From a virus (Duplodnaviria; Caudoviricetes): DNA of 64,000 nucleotides. Shown one piece after another: positions 56,584-64,000 of this stretch. The position numbers were made by a program, and so were the translations under genes. Position 1 is the first letter of the stretch. Each line of letters begins with the position of its first letter. The stretch spans positions 1 through 64,000 of IMG/VR virus record IMGVR_UViG_3300028626_000002; one strand, 5' to 3'. Under the pieces are notes generated by a model. That model was given only the letters and a program-made list of their open reading frames with translations. It was not told the DNA's origin and ran no database searches.

Positions 56584-57434
56584 CCAAGAACGAGCTGAAC
56601 GAGTGCAAGCAGGGCCAGCTGGCGGACCTGGCGGTTGCGTGCGGGTGGAAGCCCCTGCGGCCGGGGCTGCCCCCGGTGATGGACGCGCGCATGGCCAACA
56701 AGGACGCGCTCATCACGTTCCTGCTGAAGGTGCAGGACCAGGGCTTCGAGATCACCGTCGGCGACGACGGGAAGCTGCAGGCCCAGCCGTCCTCGGGGGA
56801 CGAGGACAACGAGGCCACCGTCGTCGAGGGCGACGAGGGCGGCGAGGCCGTGACCGACGAGGAGGGCGTCCCCTCCGGCGAGGCCCTGGCCGAGCCCGAG
56901 GACGAGCCGGAGCCCGAGCCGGCCCCGGCCAAGGCGCCCAGGAAGACCCGGTCGGCCAGCGCGCCGCAGACCGCGGACGCCCAGCTGGACGACATCATCG
57001 CCAGGCTGCGCGAGGCGCACGGGGACATCGCCAAGACCTACGGCATGGTCTCCAGGCTCCTCACGATGGTCGAGGAGCAGAACGCCGTCATCACCAAGCA
57101 GGCCGCCATCATCACTCGCACCTTCAACGCCGTGGGCTGGATGTTCACGACGGAGATGGGCATGGGCCTGCTGAAGCCCGAGTTCTTCGACAACCCCTAC
57201 TTCGACCCGAAGTCCCCCGACGAGTACGCGGTGGGGGACGGCGACATCGAGCCGGAGCCCGAGCCGGAGCCCGCGTCGGCGAAGAGCGCGAGCAAGGGCC
57301 CTTCCGTGGCCCCCTCGACCGCGCCGAAGGCGGCCAAGGCCCCGCAGCTGCCGGGGGCGGTCTCGGGGGCGAGCACCGGGGCGCAGAGCGGCGGGGCGGC
57401 CAAGCGCCCGCAGCTCCCCGGGGCCAAGAAGTAG
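56580..57434 (+). CDS. Hypothetical acidic low-complexity protein
   Basis: Start MTKNELNE (ATGA overlap); EPEPEPA twice and PQLPGA twice. Confidence 0.75.
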   Translation: MTKNELNECKQGQLADLAVACGWKPLRPGLPPVMDARMANKDALITFLLKVQDQGFEITVGDDGKLQAQPSSGDEDNEATVVEGDEGGEAVTDEEGVPSGEALAEPEDEPEPEPAPAKAPRKTRSASAPQTADAQLDDIIARLREAHGDIAKTYGMVSRLLTMVEEQNAVITKQAAIITRTFNAVGWMFTTEMGMGLLKPEFFDNPYFDPKSPDEYAVGDGDIEPEPEPEPASAKSASKGPSVAPSTAPKAAKAPQLPGAVSGASTGAQSGGAAKRPQLPGAKK

Positions 57435-57562
57435 TCCGGCTGGACCCGGAGCGCAGCCACCCGACTGCTCTCCTGCTGTCCTTGGGCGTGGCCAGCAAGG
57501 CGGCCAACTCGTCCAAGGATACGGTCAAGGCCGAGCTGTTCCTGATCGCGGAACCTGACTGA

Positions 57563-57591
57563 CCCTCCCCCGGGCCCGCTCCGGGGGAGGG
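57563..57591 (+). terminator. GC-rich 11-bp hairpin
   Basis: CCCTCCCCCGG-gcccgct-CCGGGGGAGGG; no U-tract. Confidence 0.45.
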
Positions 57592-57604
57592 CACAGGAGG
57601 CGTC

Positions 57605-57976
57605 ATGCACCGAAGCCTGGGCACCATCCTACCGGCCCTGCTGGACCTCTGGTTCTGGGAGCCGCCCGGGTGGACATCTGTCGTCGCGGACGACATGTTC
57701 GTGGTGTACGACGGGGACAACAACGTCGCGGCCTGTGCGCCGCTCGCGAATGCCCACGCCGTACGCCGGCTGAAATCCCTGATGGACACCGTCAACCTCA
57801 TCAACGACCACGTCGAGAAGTTCCGCAACCCATACGACGCGGACAGCTGGTTCAACACCACGCTGGAGCGTCTGCGGGAGGCGGAGGGCGAGGCGTCCGA
57901 GCTGCGTACGGAGAACGCCCGTCTTCACACCCTTCTGGCGAAGTACGGGCACCACGACCACGACCCGCCCTTCTGA
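57605..57976 (+). CDS. Hypothetical protein
   Basis: AGGAGG RBS, 123 aa. Confidence 0.7.
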   Translation: MHRSLGTILPALLDLWFWEPPGWTSVVADDMFVVYDGDNNVAACAPLANAHAVRRLKSLMDTVNLINDHVEKFRNPYDADSWFNTTLERLREAEGEASELRTENARLHTLLAKYGHHDHDPPF

Positions 57977-57998
57977 GCGGGGCGCAACGGAGGTACTC

Positions 57999-58919
57999 AT
58001 GGCCCCTCCCCTGATCCTGTATCACCGCGTCGATGACGACGGAGTGGCATCGGCCGTCATCGCCATGCGGAGGTACCCCGACGCGGTGCCCTACGGCATC
58101 AACTACGGTGACCCGATCCCCTGGGACCTCATGACCGAGGGCAGGCTGGTCATCATCGTCGATTGGTCCGCCCTGGACCAGCAGGCTCCCGTCGGCAAGC
58201 GGTGCGAGCCGATGCGCAGGATTCAGGTCCGCGGCCCGCTGGTCTGGATCGACCACCACGTCACCGCCATCGAGGATGCCGAGGCCGAGGGCTTCGACTG
58301 TGAGGGTCTGCGGCAGGTCGGCCTGGCCGGCTGTGAGCTGACGTGGCGGTTCTTCTTCGGCGCCCTGCCCATGCCCCCGGTCGTTCGGCACATCGGTCGG
58401 TGGGACGTCTGGGACCACGCCGACGAGGAGACCACCCTGGTCCACTTCGGCCTGATGAGCCAGGACGCCCGGGTGGACAGCCCAATCTGGTGGAAGCTCC
58501 TGCCGGCCACCCCGGAGGAGCGCTCCACCCCCATGTACCGGGCGGACTACATCTCCCTGCTGCACGACGGTGCGATCCTGCGTCGGTACAAGACGGTGCA
58601 GGATGCCCGCACGGCCAAGGCAGGGTACTTCACCACGACGCTGGACGGGCACACCGTGCTGGCGATCAACGCCGGCGGGAACTCCGATCTCCTGGCCAGC
58701 GTCTGGGACCCGGCGAAGTGGGAGTTCGTGCTCCTCTTCTCTCTGAACCACCGGGGGTGGAAGGTCTCGATCTTCCACTCCGCCGGCGGGGCCGACGTTC
58801 ATCTGGGGGAGATCGCGAAGCGCTACGGTGGCGGTGGCCACCGCGCCGCGGCCGGGTTCACCGTTCTGGCCGGGCAGCCCCTCCCGTTCAAGACCCCCGC
58901 TGACGCGGATTTCTGGTGA
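57999..58919 (+). CDS. DHH/DHHA1 phosphoesterase (nanoRNase-like)
   Basis: YH..D.DG, IVD.S, WIDHH, D.W, GGGGH..AAGF. Confidence 0.93.
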   Translation: MAPPLILYHRVDDDGVASAVIAMRRYPDAVPYGINYGDPIPWDLMTEGRLVIIVDWSALDQQAPVGKRCEPMRRIQVRGPLVWIDHHVTAIEDAEAEGFDCEGLRQVGLAGCELTWRFFFGALPMPPVVRHIGRWDVWDHADEETTLVHFGLMSQDARVDSPIWWKLLPATPEERSTPMYRADYISLLHDGAILRRYKTVQDARTAKAGYFTTTLDGHTVLAINAGGNSDLLASVWDPAKWEFVLLFSLNHRGWKVSIFHSAGGADVHLGEIAKRYGGGGHRAAAGFTVLAGQPLPFKTPADADFW

Positions 58920-58921
58920 CC

Positions 58922-58964
58922 GGCCGTCCGCCGGCTCAGGCACTTCCTGGGCCGGCGGACGGCC
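58922..58964 (+). terminator. 19-bp GC-rich hairpin
   Basis: GGCCGTCCGCCGGCTCAGG-cactt-CCTGGGCCGGCGGACGGCC directly after the DHH stop. Confidence 0.55.
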
Positions 58965-58992
58965 ACATGGCTTTCCTCTAGTCGGAGCTGAA

Positions 58993-59436
58993 GTGGATGT
59001 CTACTTCGTAGCTGCCTTCACGGCCTTGCACGCTCTCGGTGCTACGCCGGAGGAGGAGCGAACTCTCAAGTGGCTGGTGGACGTCGAGAGCCACTGGCAC
59101 CCAGAGGCCGTGAACGGCCCCTGCTGCGGCCCGTGGCAGACGAACTACCACATCGCGTCCCGTCTGCTGGGCGAGCCCGTCACCTGCGAAGACCTGCAGA
59201 CGAAACCGGACGTGGCGGCGCGCGCGGCCCTGGCGTTCCTGCAGAAGATGCGTGAACCGAGGGTGTGTGGACCCAACTGGTACTGCGGATGGAGGCACGG
59301 GCCCTACTCGGACAGCTGCAAGCACAAGTGCAAGCAGCCGAAAGAGAAGCCCAAGAGGAAGAAGCATGGGAAGGCGAAGACAAAAGCGGCTGTACGACCG
59401 CTTCACCGAGTTCCTGGGCTACCCGTACGCCCGTGA
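58993..59436 (+). CDS. Lytic transglycosylase (SLT)-like protein
   Basis: L..VES.W.P.A.....G.WQ motif, N/D...AA..L; basic C-terminus; start uncertain. Confidence 0.65.
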   Translation: MDVYFVAAFTALHALGATPEEERTLKWLVDVESHWHPEAVNGPCCGPWQTNYHIASRLLGEPVTCEDLQTKPDVAARAALAFLQKMREPRVCGPNWYCGWRHGPYSDSCKHKCKQPKEKPKRKKHGKAKTKAAVRPLHRVPGLPVRP

Positions 59437-60220
59437 CCGCAATCGCCGGCCCTTCTACGGGCTGTGCGGCGCGCGCGACCACACCTACGTCACCCGCGAG
59501 GACGGGTTCATCTACATCGTGTACCACGGCACGAGCATCGTCTGCCTGTCACCGAACGGGGACATCACGCTGTCCACCGGGGGGTGGCGCTCGTTCACCA
59601 CGAAGGCCAGGATCAACGAGGTTCTCCCGCGCGGCTGGTCGCTCTACAGTGACCTGGGGGTCTGGTACCTGTCGGACCCCTGGAAGCGGAAGCACGTCTT
59701 CGCCGACGGCATGACCATCAAGTACCGCGGAAAGAAGGTCATCGGCGCCGGGCAGCCCATCCGGCCCAAGGACCTGAAGAACCTCAAGGCGAAGATCCGC
59801 AACTACGCCGTCGAGTACGTGCGGCGTCTCCGGGGGTGGCAGCTGATGGAGCCCAGTGACACCGAGTGCCCGCACTGCCACGAGCGGCTTCACCGGGACC
59901 TCCACGACGCCCCGCCCACCTCTCTCCAGTGCCTGGCCCACCACGGAAACACGAAGGGGCTGGGTAGGCCGAAGGGGGACGTCCTGGGGGACATCACCCA
60001 CATCCAGCAGCACATCTACGAGGCGGTGTGCCCAAGCTCGATGATCATCAACGCGGCTCTCGAGCTCGGCGCCGGCCCCGTCGCTCGCACCTTGATCGTG
60101 GAGCGGCTGAGCTCGTCTGTCATCAACACGCTGAGCAACTACACCGAGGACGTGGCGGCGATCCAGTTGGAGCGCACGTTGACCCGCTACCTGCGGCGCA
60201 GGTACGGGATGGAGGCGTAG
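59366..60220 (+). CDS. Conserved-looking hypothetical phage protein
   Basis: YHGT.IV...ITLSTGGW.S.TTK.RIN motif; CPHC. Confidence 0.75.
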   Translation: MGRRRQKRLYDRFTEFLGYPYARDRNRRPFYGLCGARDHTYVTREDGFIYIVYHGTSIVCLSPNGDITLSTGGWRSFTTKARINEVLPRGWSLYSDLGVWYLSDPWKRKHVFADGMTIKYRGKKVIGAGQPIRPKDLKNLKAKIRNYAVEYVRRLRGWQLMEPSDTECPHCHERLHRDLHDAPPTSLQCLAHHGNTKGLGRPKGDVLGDITHIQQHIYEAVCPSSMIINAALELGAGPVARTLIVERLSSSVINTLSNYTEDVAAIQLERTLTRYLRRRYGMEA

Positions 60221-60466
60221 ATGCCGACCGATTCTCCTCTCATCGCTCTCGCGGTACCGGAGGTCGTTCTGGGGACCGTTCTGGAGGCTGCCCGGGAACA
60301 CGCCCGCTACCTGCAGCTGCGGGCCCACGTCTCTGACGATGCCCCCCACGGCGCAAGGACTGGCGTCGAGCCCCTGCTGGGGCACCGCAACCGCGAGGCG
60401 GCCTGCTCGGAGGCGCAGGAGATCATGCAGGCCGCCAGGCACATCGCTTCCCTCGTCAGGCGGTAA
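60221..60466 (+). CDS. Hypothetical protein
   Basis: GGAGG RBS, 81 aa. Confidence 0.55.
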   Translation: MPTDSPLIALAVPEVVLGTVLEAAREHARYLQLRAHVSDDAPHGARTGVEPLLGHRNREAACSEAQEIMQAARHIASLVRR

Positions 60467-60488
60467 TATCGCGAGTTCCTGGGTATAA
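60457..60488 (+). promoter_or_regulatory. Repeated promoter-like motif CAGGCGGTAA-N6-GAGTTCCTGGGTATAA
   Basis: Second copy of 44599..44630; lies upstream of the RAMP-like gene. Confidence 0.7.
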
Positions 60489-60541
60489 CGTGAATGCTTA
60501 GGGGCACTTTCGTCCCCTACCCTTTCAGGAGGAGCACACCC

Positions 60542-61210
60542 ATGGCACCGCGCAAGAAGAACCCCGTGGACCTCAAGCCCGAGGGCGCACTCGAAGCGAA
60601 GGGCGGGACCGGCGTCACCAACGCCGCGGCCTTCGCCCCGTACCGGGTGGAGATGGAGCTGACCGGCACCGCCGACATGCTCATGCACCGGTACGACGTC
60701 GAGGAGGTCGAGAGCAAGAGCGCCGGCACGAGCAAGGGCGGCAAGTCCAAGAAGACCGACAACGTCGAGTCCTACCTGTACCGCGGCAAGGACGGGATGC
60801 TCCGGCTGCCCGGCGAGGTCGTCAAGGCGTGCATCGTGGACGGCGCCAAGTTCCTGCAGGACCCGCGCTCGCCCCGCAAGGCGGCGAAGGACCTCTTCAA
60901 GGCGGGCATCCTGGCCGCGGCCCCCACGGAGTTCCAGAACCACGAGGGGAAGCAGGTCCGGGAGTGGGACTACCTCGACAAGCGCCGGGCCGTCGTCCAG
61001 CGCAACGCCGTGCTGCGGGTCCGCCCGGCGTTCATGGCCGGCTGGCGGGTCAAGGCCACGTTCGACGTCATCGCGTCGGATCTCATCACCGAGGACTTCT
61101 TCCGCAAGGCCGTCGACAACGCCGGCCGGTTCTGCGGCATGTGCGACTTCAGGCCGGATTTCGGCAGGTTCCGCGTCGACAGCTGGCGCGTGACCCCCTT
61201 GACCGTGTGA
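60542..61210 (+). CDS. Stand-alone RAMP/Cas7-like protein
   Basis: Beta1 VEMELTGTADMLMH; LPGEVVKACI (cf. RAMP IPGSSLKG); thumb-like hairpin DKRRAVVQRNAVLRVRP; terminal Gly loop AGRFCGMCDFRPDFGRF; AGGAGG RBS. Confidence 0.6.
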   Translation: MAPRKKNPVDLKPEGALEAKGGTGVTNAAAFAPYRVEMELTGTADMLMHRYDVEEVESKSAGTSKGGKSKKTDNVESYLYRGKDGMLRLPGEVVKACIVDGAKFLQDPRSPRKAAKDLFKAGILAAAPTEFQNHEGKQVREWDYLDKRRAVVQRNAVLRVRPAFMAGWRVKATFDVIASDLITEDFFRKAVDNAGRFCGMCDFRPDFGRFRVDSWRVTPLTV

Positions 61211-61251
61211 CACGGTCGGACTACCATCCACCCTTCGCCTCTCCAAGGAGG

Positions 61252-61371
61252 ATGACCGTGGCGAACAAGAACCTGTTCAAGTCCCTGTCCTCGAAGCGCC
61301 CCCCGACCACCGTCAAGAACGACGCTGGCGGGCGGGCCTACCCGCGGGGCCCGAAGCTGGCAACCGGTTGA
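61252..61371 (+). pseudogene. Truncated duplicate of the Ro60/TROVE N-terminus
   Basis: (M)ANKNLFKSLSSKRPPTTVKNDAGGRAYPRGPKLATG* is 25/35 identical to the TROVE start; AAGGAGG RBS. Confidence 0.85.
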
Positions 61372-61396
61372 CACCTGTGCGGCAACAGGTTACCCT
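61368..61396 (+). promoter_or_regulatory. Sigma70-like promoter TTGACA-N17-TACCCT with palindromic spacer
   Basis: -35 overlaps the remnant's TGA; ACCTGT-N6-ACAGGT at 61373..61390. Confidence 0.65.
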
Positions 61397-61414
61397 CTGG
61401 GCGGAGGTGACAAG

Positions 61415-61903
61415 ATGGCCACACCAGAGGAACTTGCGTACTGCGCAGGGGTAATTGACTCGGATGGGTGCATCCGAGTGGGTCGCGGGGTCAAGCGTGA
61501 CAAGCGAGCGGGCAAACACAGCGCTTACGCTGACTACCACCCCGCTGTCCACGTCGGCCAGGTGGAACCACAAGCGGTTGACCTGCTGAAGCGGGTATTC
61601 GGAGGAAGCATCTACCTGCGCAAGCGCGACAAGAAGGCCCACCGCACCTTGATGGTGTGGCGAGTGAGGGACAACCTTGCGGCGGAATGCGCCAGGCAGT
61701 TGCTGCCCTACCTGCGCATCAAGAAGGCGCAGGCACTGAACTGTATTGCCCTGCAGGACTACCGCCACGAGTACGGCAGGCAGTCAAGGGCGGTGAAGGG
61801 GAGGGCCGGTACTACATTCCGCACAGCCGACGTGATACAGAGGCTCGAGGAGTTCTACGCGGAGTCGAGGAGGCTCAACGCAGGGAGCACGGAGGAACCA
61901 TAA
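61415..61903 (+). mobile_element. Free-standing single-motif LAGLIDADG homing endonuclease
   Basis: LAYCAGVIDSDGCI, FGGSI, LLPYLRIKKAQA; atypical codon usage; GGAGGT RBS. Confidence 0.92.
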
Positions 61904-63678
61904 TGGCCAACAAGACGCTGTTCAAGTCCACGAGTAGCAAGCGTCCCCCCACGGACACGACCAACGAGGCCGGGGGCCGGGCATACAACAGGGACTCTCG
62001 CCTCGCGCTCGCGCAGCTCAGTGCAACCGGCTGCCTCGGCGGCACGTTCTACACGAGCCCCGAACAGGAGCTGGCGACCATCCTGGACCTCTGTGGCCAG
62101 AACTCCCCCGAGTTCGTGGCCAAGGCCGCCGTCTACGCCCGCAAGCGCGGGTTCATGAAGGACGCCCCCGCCCTGATGGTGGCGCACCTGGCGTCGCTGC
62201 AGACCGCGGAGGGCCGGAACGCCTTCACGCAGGCGTTCCCGCTCGTCATGGACAACGCGAAGATGGTCCGGAACTTCGTCCAGATCATCCGTTCCGGGCA
62301 GGCCGGCCGCAAGTCGTTCGGTTCCCGGCCCAAGAAGCTGATCCAGGCGTGGTTCAACAACATCCCGGACCACGCGCTGTTCAACTCCAGCATCGGGCAG
62401 GACCCGTCGCTGGGGGACATCATCAACCTGGTCCACCCGCTGCCCAAGACGGACTCCCGCCGGGCCTTGTACGGCTACCTGAAGGGCACCGAGGGCATCA
62501 CCCGGGAGGCGTTCGACCGGCTGCCGCAGGCCGAGCGGTTCAACCGGCATGGCGACCCGCGCTTCTACTTCTCCGACGACCTGCCGCCCCTGGTGCAGGC
62601 CTACGAGCAGCTGAAGCGCGGCGCGTGGGACGGCGAGCAGCTGCCGCGGGTCAACTTCCAGATGCTGACCTCGCTGAAGCTGTCGAAGGACCAGTGGGCC
62701 GAGGTGGCCATGACGATGTCGTGGTACGCCCTGCGGATGAACCTGAACACCCTGCTGCGGCATGGCGTGTTCGACATCCCGGGGATGACGCCGAAGATCG
62801 TCGCCCGGCTGACGGACCCGGAGGCCATCCGCAAGGCCAAGGCCTTCCCGTACCAGCTGCTGACCGCGTACCTCTACGCGGACGACAAGCTGCCGCGCGC
62901 GGTCAAGAACGCCCTGCAGGACGCCATGGAGGTGGCCTGCGAGAACGTCCCGCTCATCGGGAGCGGCCGCATCCTCATCTGCCCGGACGTGTCCGGGTCG
63001 ATGCGCGAGCCCATCACCGGCAAGCGGGACCAGGTGTCGAAGATCAACCGCATCCACGTGGCGGCGCTCATCGCCGCGGCGCTGATGCGGAAGAACCCGG
63101 ACGCGGACATCCTGCCGTTCGCCAACGACGTGCGCGGGGACATCCAGTTCAACCCCCGCGACAGCATCATGACGAACGCCCAGCGCGTCTACGACGCGGC
63201 CGCCGGCGGAACCCGCATGGCCGCGCCGCTGCTCCTGGCCAACCGGGAGCAGCGGAAGTACGAGGCGGTGGTCTTCGTCTCGGACAACGAGTCCTGGATG
63301 GACAGCGAGGGTCGGCACTACGGCCCCTGCGGGAAGCAGCTGTGGTCGAACCCCCTGTTCCAGCACCCGACCACCAAGGACTGGGGGGCGACGCAGACCC
63401 TGGAGGAGTGGAACACCTTCTCCCGGCGCAACCACGGCGCCAAGCTGGTGTGCGTCGACCTGACGCCGGACACCACCGTGCAGTGCATCGACCGGGCGGA
63501 CATCCTCAACGTCGGCGGCTTCTCCGACGCGGTGTTCGACGTCATCGACTCGTTCGCGAAGGGCGACCTGACCCCGGAGCACTGGGTGGGCGAGATCGAG
63601 CGCATCAACCTGCACCAGTTCGACCCGACCCCACACGAGGTGGGCCAGGTCGAGGAATCGGCCGAGCCGCTGGCCTAA
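61903..63678 (+). CDS. Ro60/Rsr TROVE-domain RNA-binding protein with vWA domain
   Basis: NEAGG.AY, LAQ...TG....TFY, MKD.PA, LRMNLNT..RHGVF, FPYQL, DVSGSM (MIDAS), SDNESW, GGFSDAVF. Confidence 0.95.
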   Translation: MANKTLFKSTSSKRPPTDTTNEAGGRAYNRDSRLALAQLSATGCLGGTFYTSPEQELATILDLCGQNSPEFVAKAAVYARKRGFMKDAPALMVAHLASLQTAEGRNAFTQAFPLVMDNAKMVRNFVQIIRSGQAGRKSFGSRPKKLIQAWFNNIPDHALFNSSIGQDPSLGDIINLVHPLPKTDSRRALYGYLKGTEGITREAFDRLPQAERFNRHGDPRFYFSDDLPPLVQAYEQLKRGAWDGEQLPRVNFQMLTSLKLSKDQWAEVAMTMSWYALRMNLNTLLRHGVFDIPGMTPKIVARLTDPEAIRKAKAFPYQLLTAYLYADDKLPRAVKNALQDAMEVACENVPLIGSGRILICPDVSGSMREPITGKRDQVSKINRIHVAALIAAALMRKNPDADILPFANDVRGDIQFNPRDSIMTNAQRVYDAAAGGTRMAAPLLLANREQRKYEAVVFVSDNESWMDSEGRHYGPCGKQLWSNPLFQHPTTKDWGATQTLEEWNTFSRRNHGAKLVCVDLTPDTTVQCIDRADILNVGGFSDAVFDVIDSFAKGDLTPEHWVGEIERINLHQFDPTPHEVGQVEESAEPLA

Positions 63679-63697
63679 CCCACCAGCAGCTCAGTCA

Positions 63698-63738
63698 CCC
63701 CGGCCCCGTGGCGCGTGCTCCCGCTCACGGGGCCGGGG
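63698..63738 (+). terminator. 13-bp GC-rich hairpin after TROVE
   Basis: CCCCGGCCCCGTG-N15-CACGGGGCCGGGG. Confidence 0.5.
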
Positions 63739-63774
63739 AGTCCCCTCTCCCCATCCCTTCACCATGAGGACACT

Positions 63775-64000
63775 GTGAGCAGCGACTCGAAGTCCACCTT
63801 CGTTCAGGACCTCCGTACGAAGTTCGGCACGGAGCCGTTCACCGACAGCAAGGACCCCAAGAACGGCAGCATCCTGTACCTCCGGGTCGGCAAGGGCGCC
63901 GACACCTGGATCGTGACCGTCAACTACCAGCTCTACGCCCCCCGGAAGCCGCAGGGCAGCCACCTCGTCACGTACGGGGTGTCCGTCCGGAACCCCCGCG
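63775..64000 (+). CDS. Hypothetical protein (runs off window)
   Basis: GAGGA RBS, GTG start, frame open to the window end (MSSDSKSTFVQDL...YGVSVRNPR). Confidence 0.65.
   Translation, partial: MSSDSKSTFVQDLRTKFGTEPFTDSKDPKNGSILYLRVGKGADTWIVTVNYQLYAPRKPQGSHLVTYGVSVRNPR

Noticed and set aside
56880-57430. GAGCCG/GAGCCC repeats as a DNA repeat element
   Set aside because: They encode EPEPEP low-complexity linkers inside a CDS.
60200-61420. CRISPR array or 5-nt-period (GGY-NN) guide array next to the RAMP-like gene
   Set aside because: Flanking intergenic sequence is short and shows no tandem periodicity or repeat-spacer structure; none seen elsewhere in the window.
61372-61903. Group I intron or intein in TROVE
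   Set aside because: Only ~43 nt of non-coding sequence; the endonuclease has its own RBS and stop, and downstream TROVE is complete with its own start, so splicing is unnecessary.

Overview
High-GC (roughly 67-70% by eye) segment of a large tailed phage genome with a contractile-tail (myovirus-like) gene set; no host housekeeping genes, rRNA, tRNA or CRISPR array were seen. Left to right: a probable tape-measure gene running off the left edge (minus strand, missed by the ORF track); baseplate hub and other structural genes; RuvC resolvase; LigD-phosphoesterase/ATP-ligase fusion; phage sigma factor; a ~22 kb baseplate/tail-fibre block (gp25-like, baseplate-J-like, PKD/Ig/beta-helix proteins); a membrane/lysis cluster; a minus-strand block (portal, K-x-A-rich head protein, DUF932, UDG-like, SF2 helicase); a plus-strand replication/recombination block (DnaB-like, primase, Zn-rich SSB-like, PolA, RecA-like, Cas4-like, UvsY-like); and an accessory block (DHH phosphoesterase, SLT, stand-alone RAMP/Cas7-like protein, LAGLIDADG endonuclease, Ro60/TROVE). 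Most notable: (1) an orphan RAMP/Cas7-like gene with its own repeated 32-bp promoter-like motif, originally adjacent to Ro60; (2) a LAGLIDADG cassette that appears to have invaded Ro60 and supplied a recoded replacement N-terminus plus its own promoter; (3) a strongly enriched hydrophobic-x-K-x-A motif that may be a head protease/packaging signal, also present near the N-termini of the ligase and sigma factor. All functional calls come from motif reading only; no database search was run.
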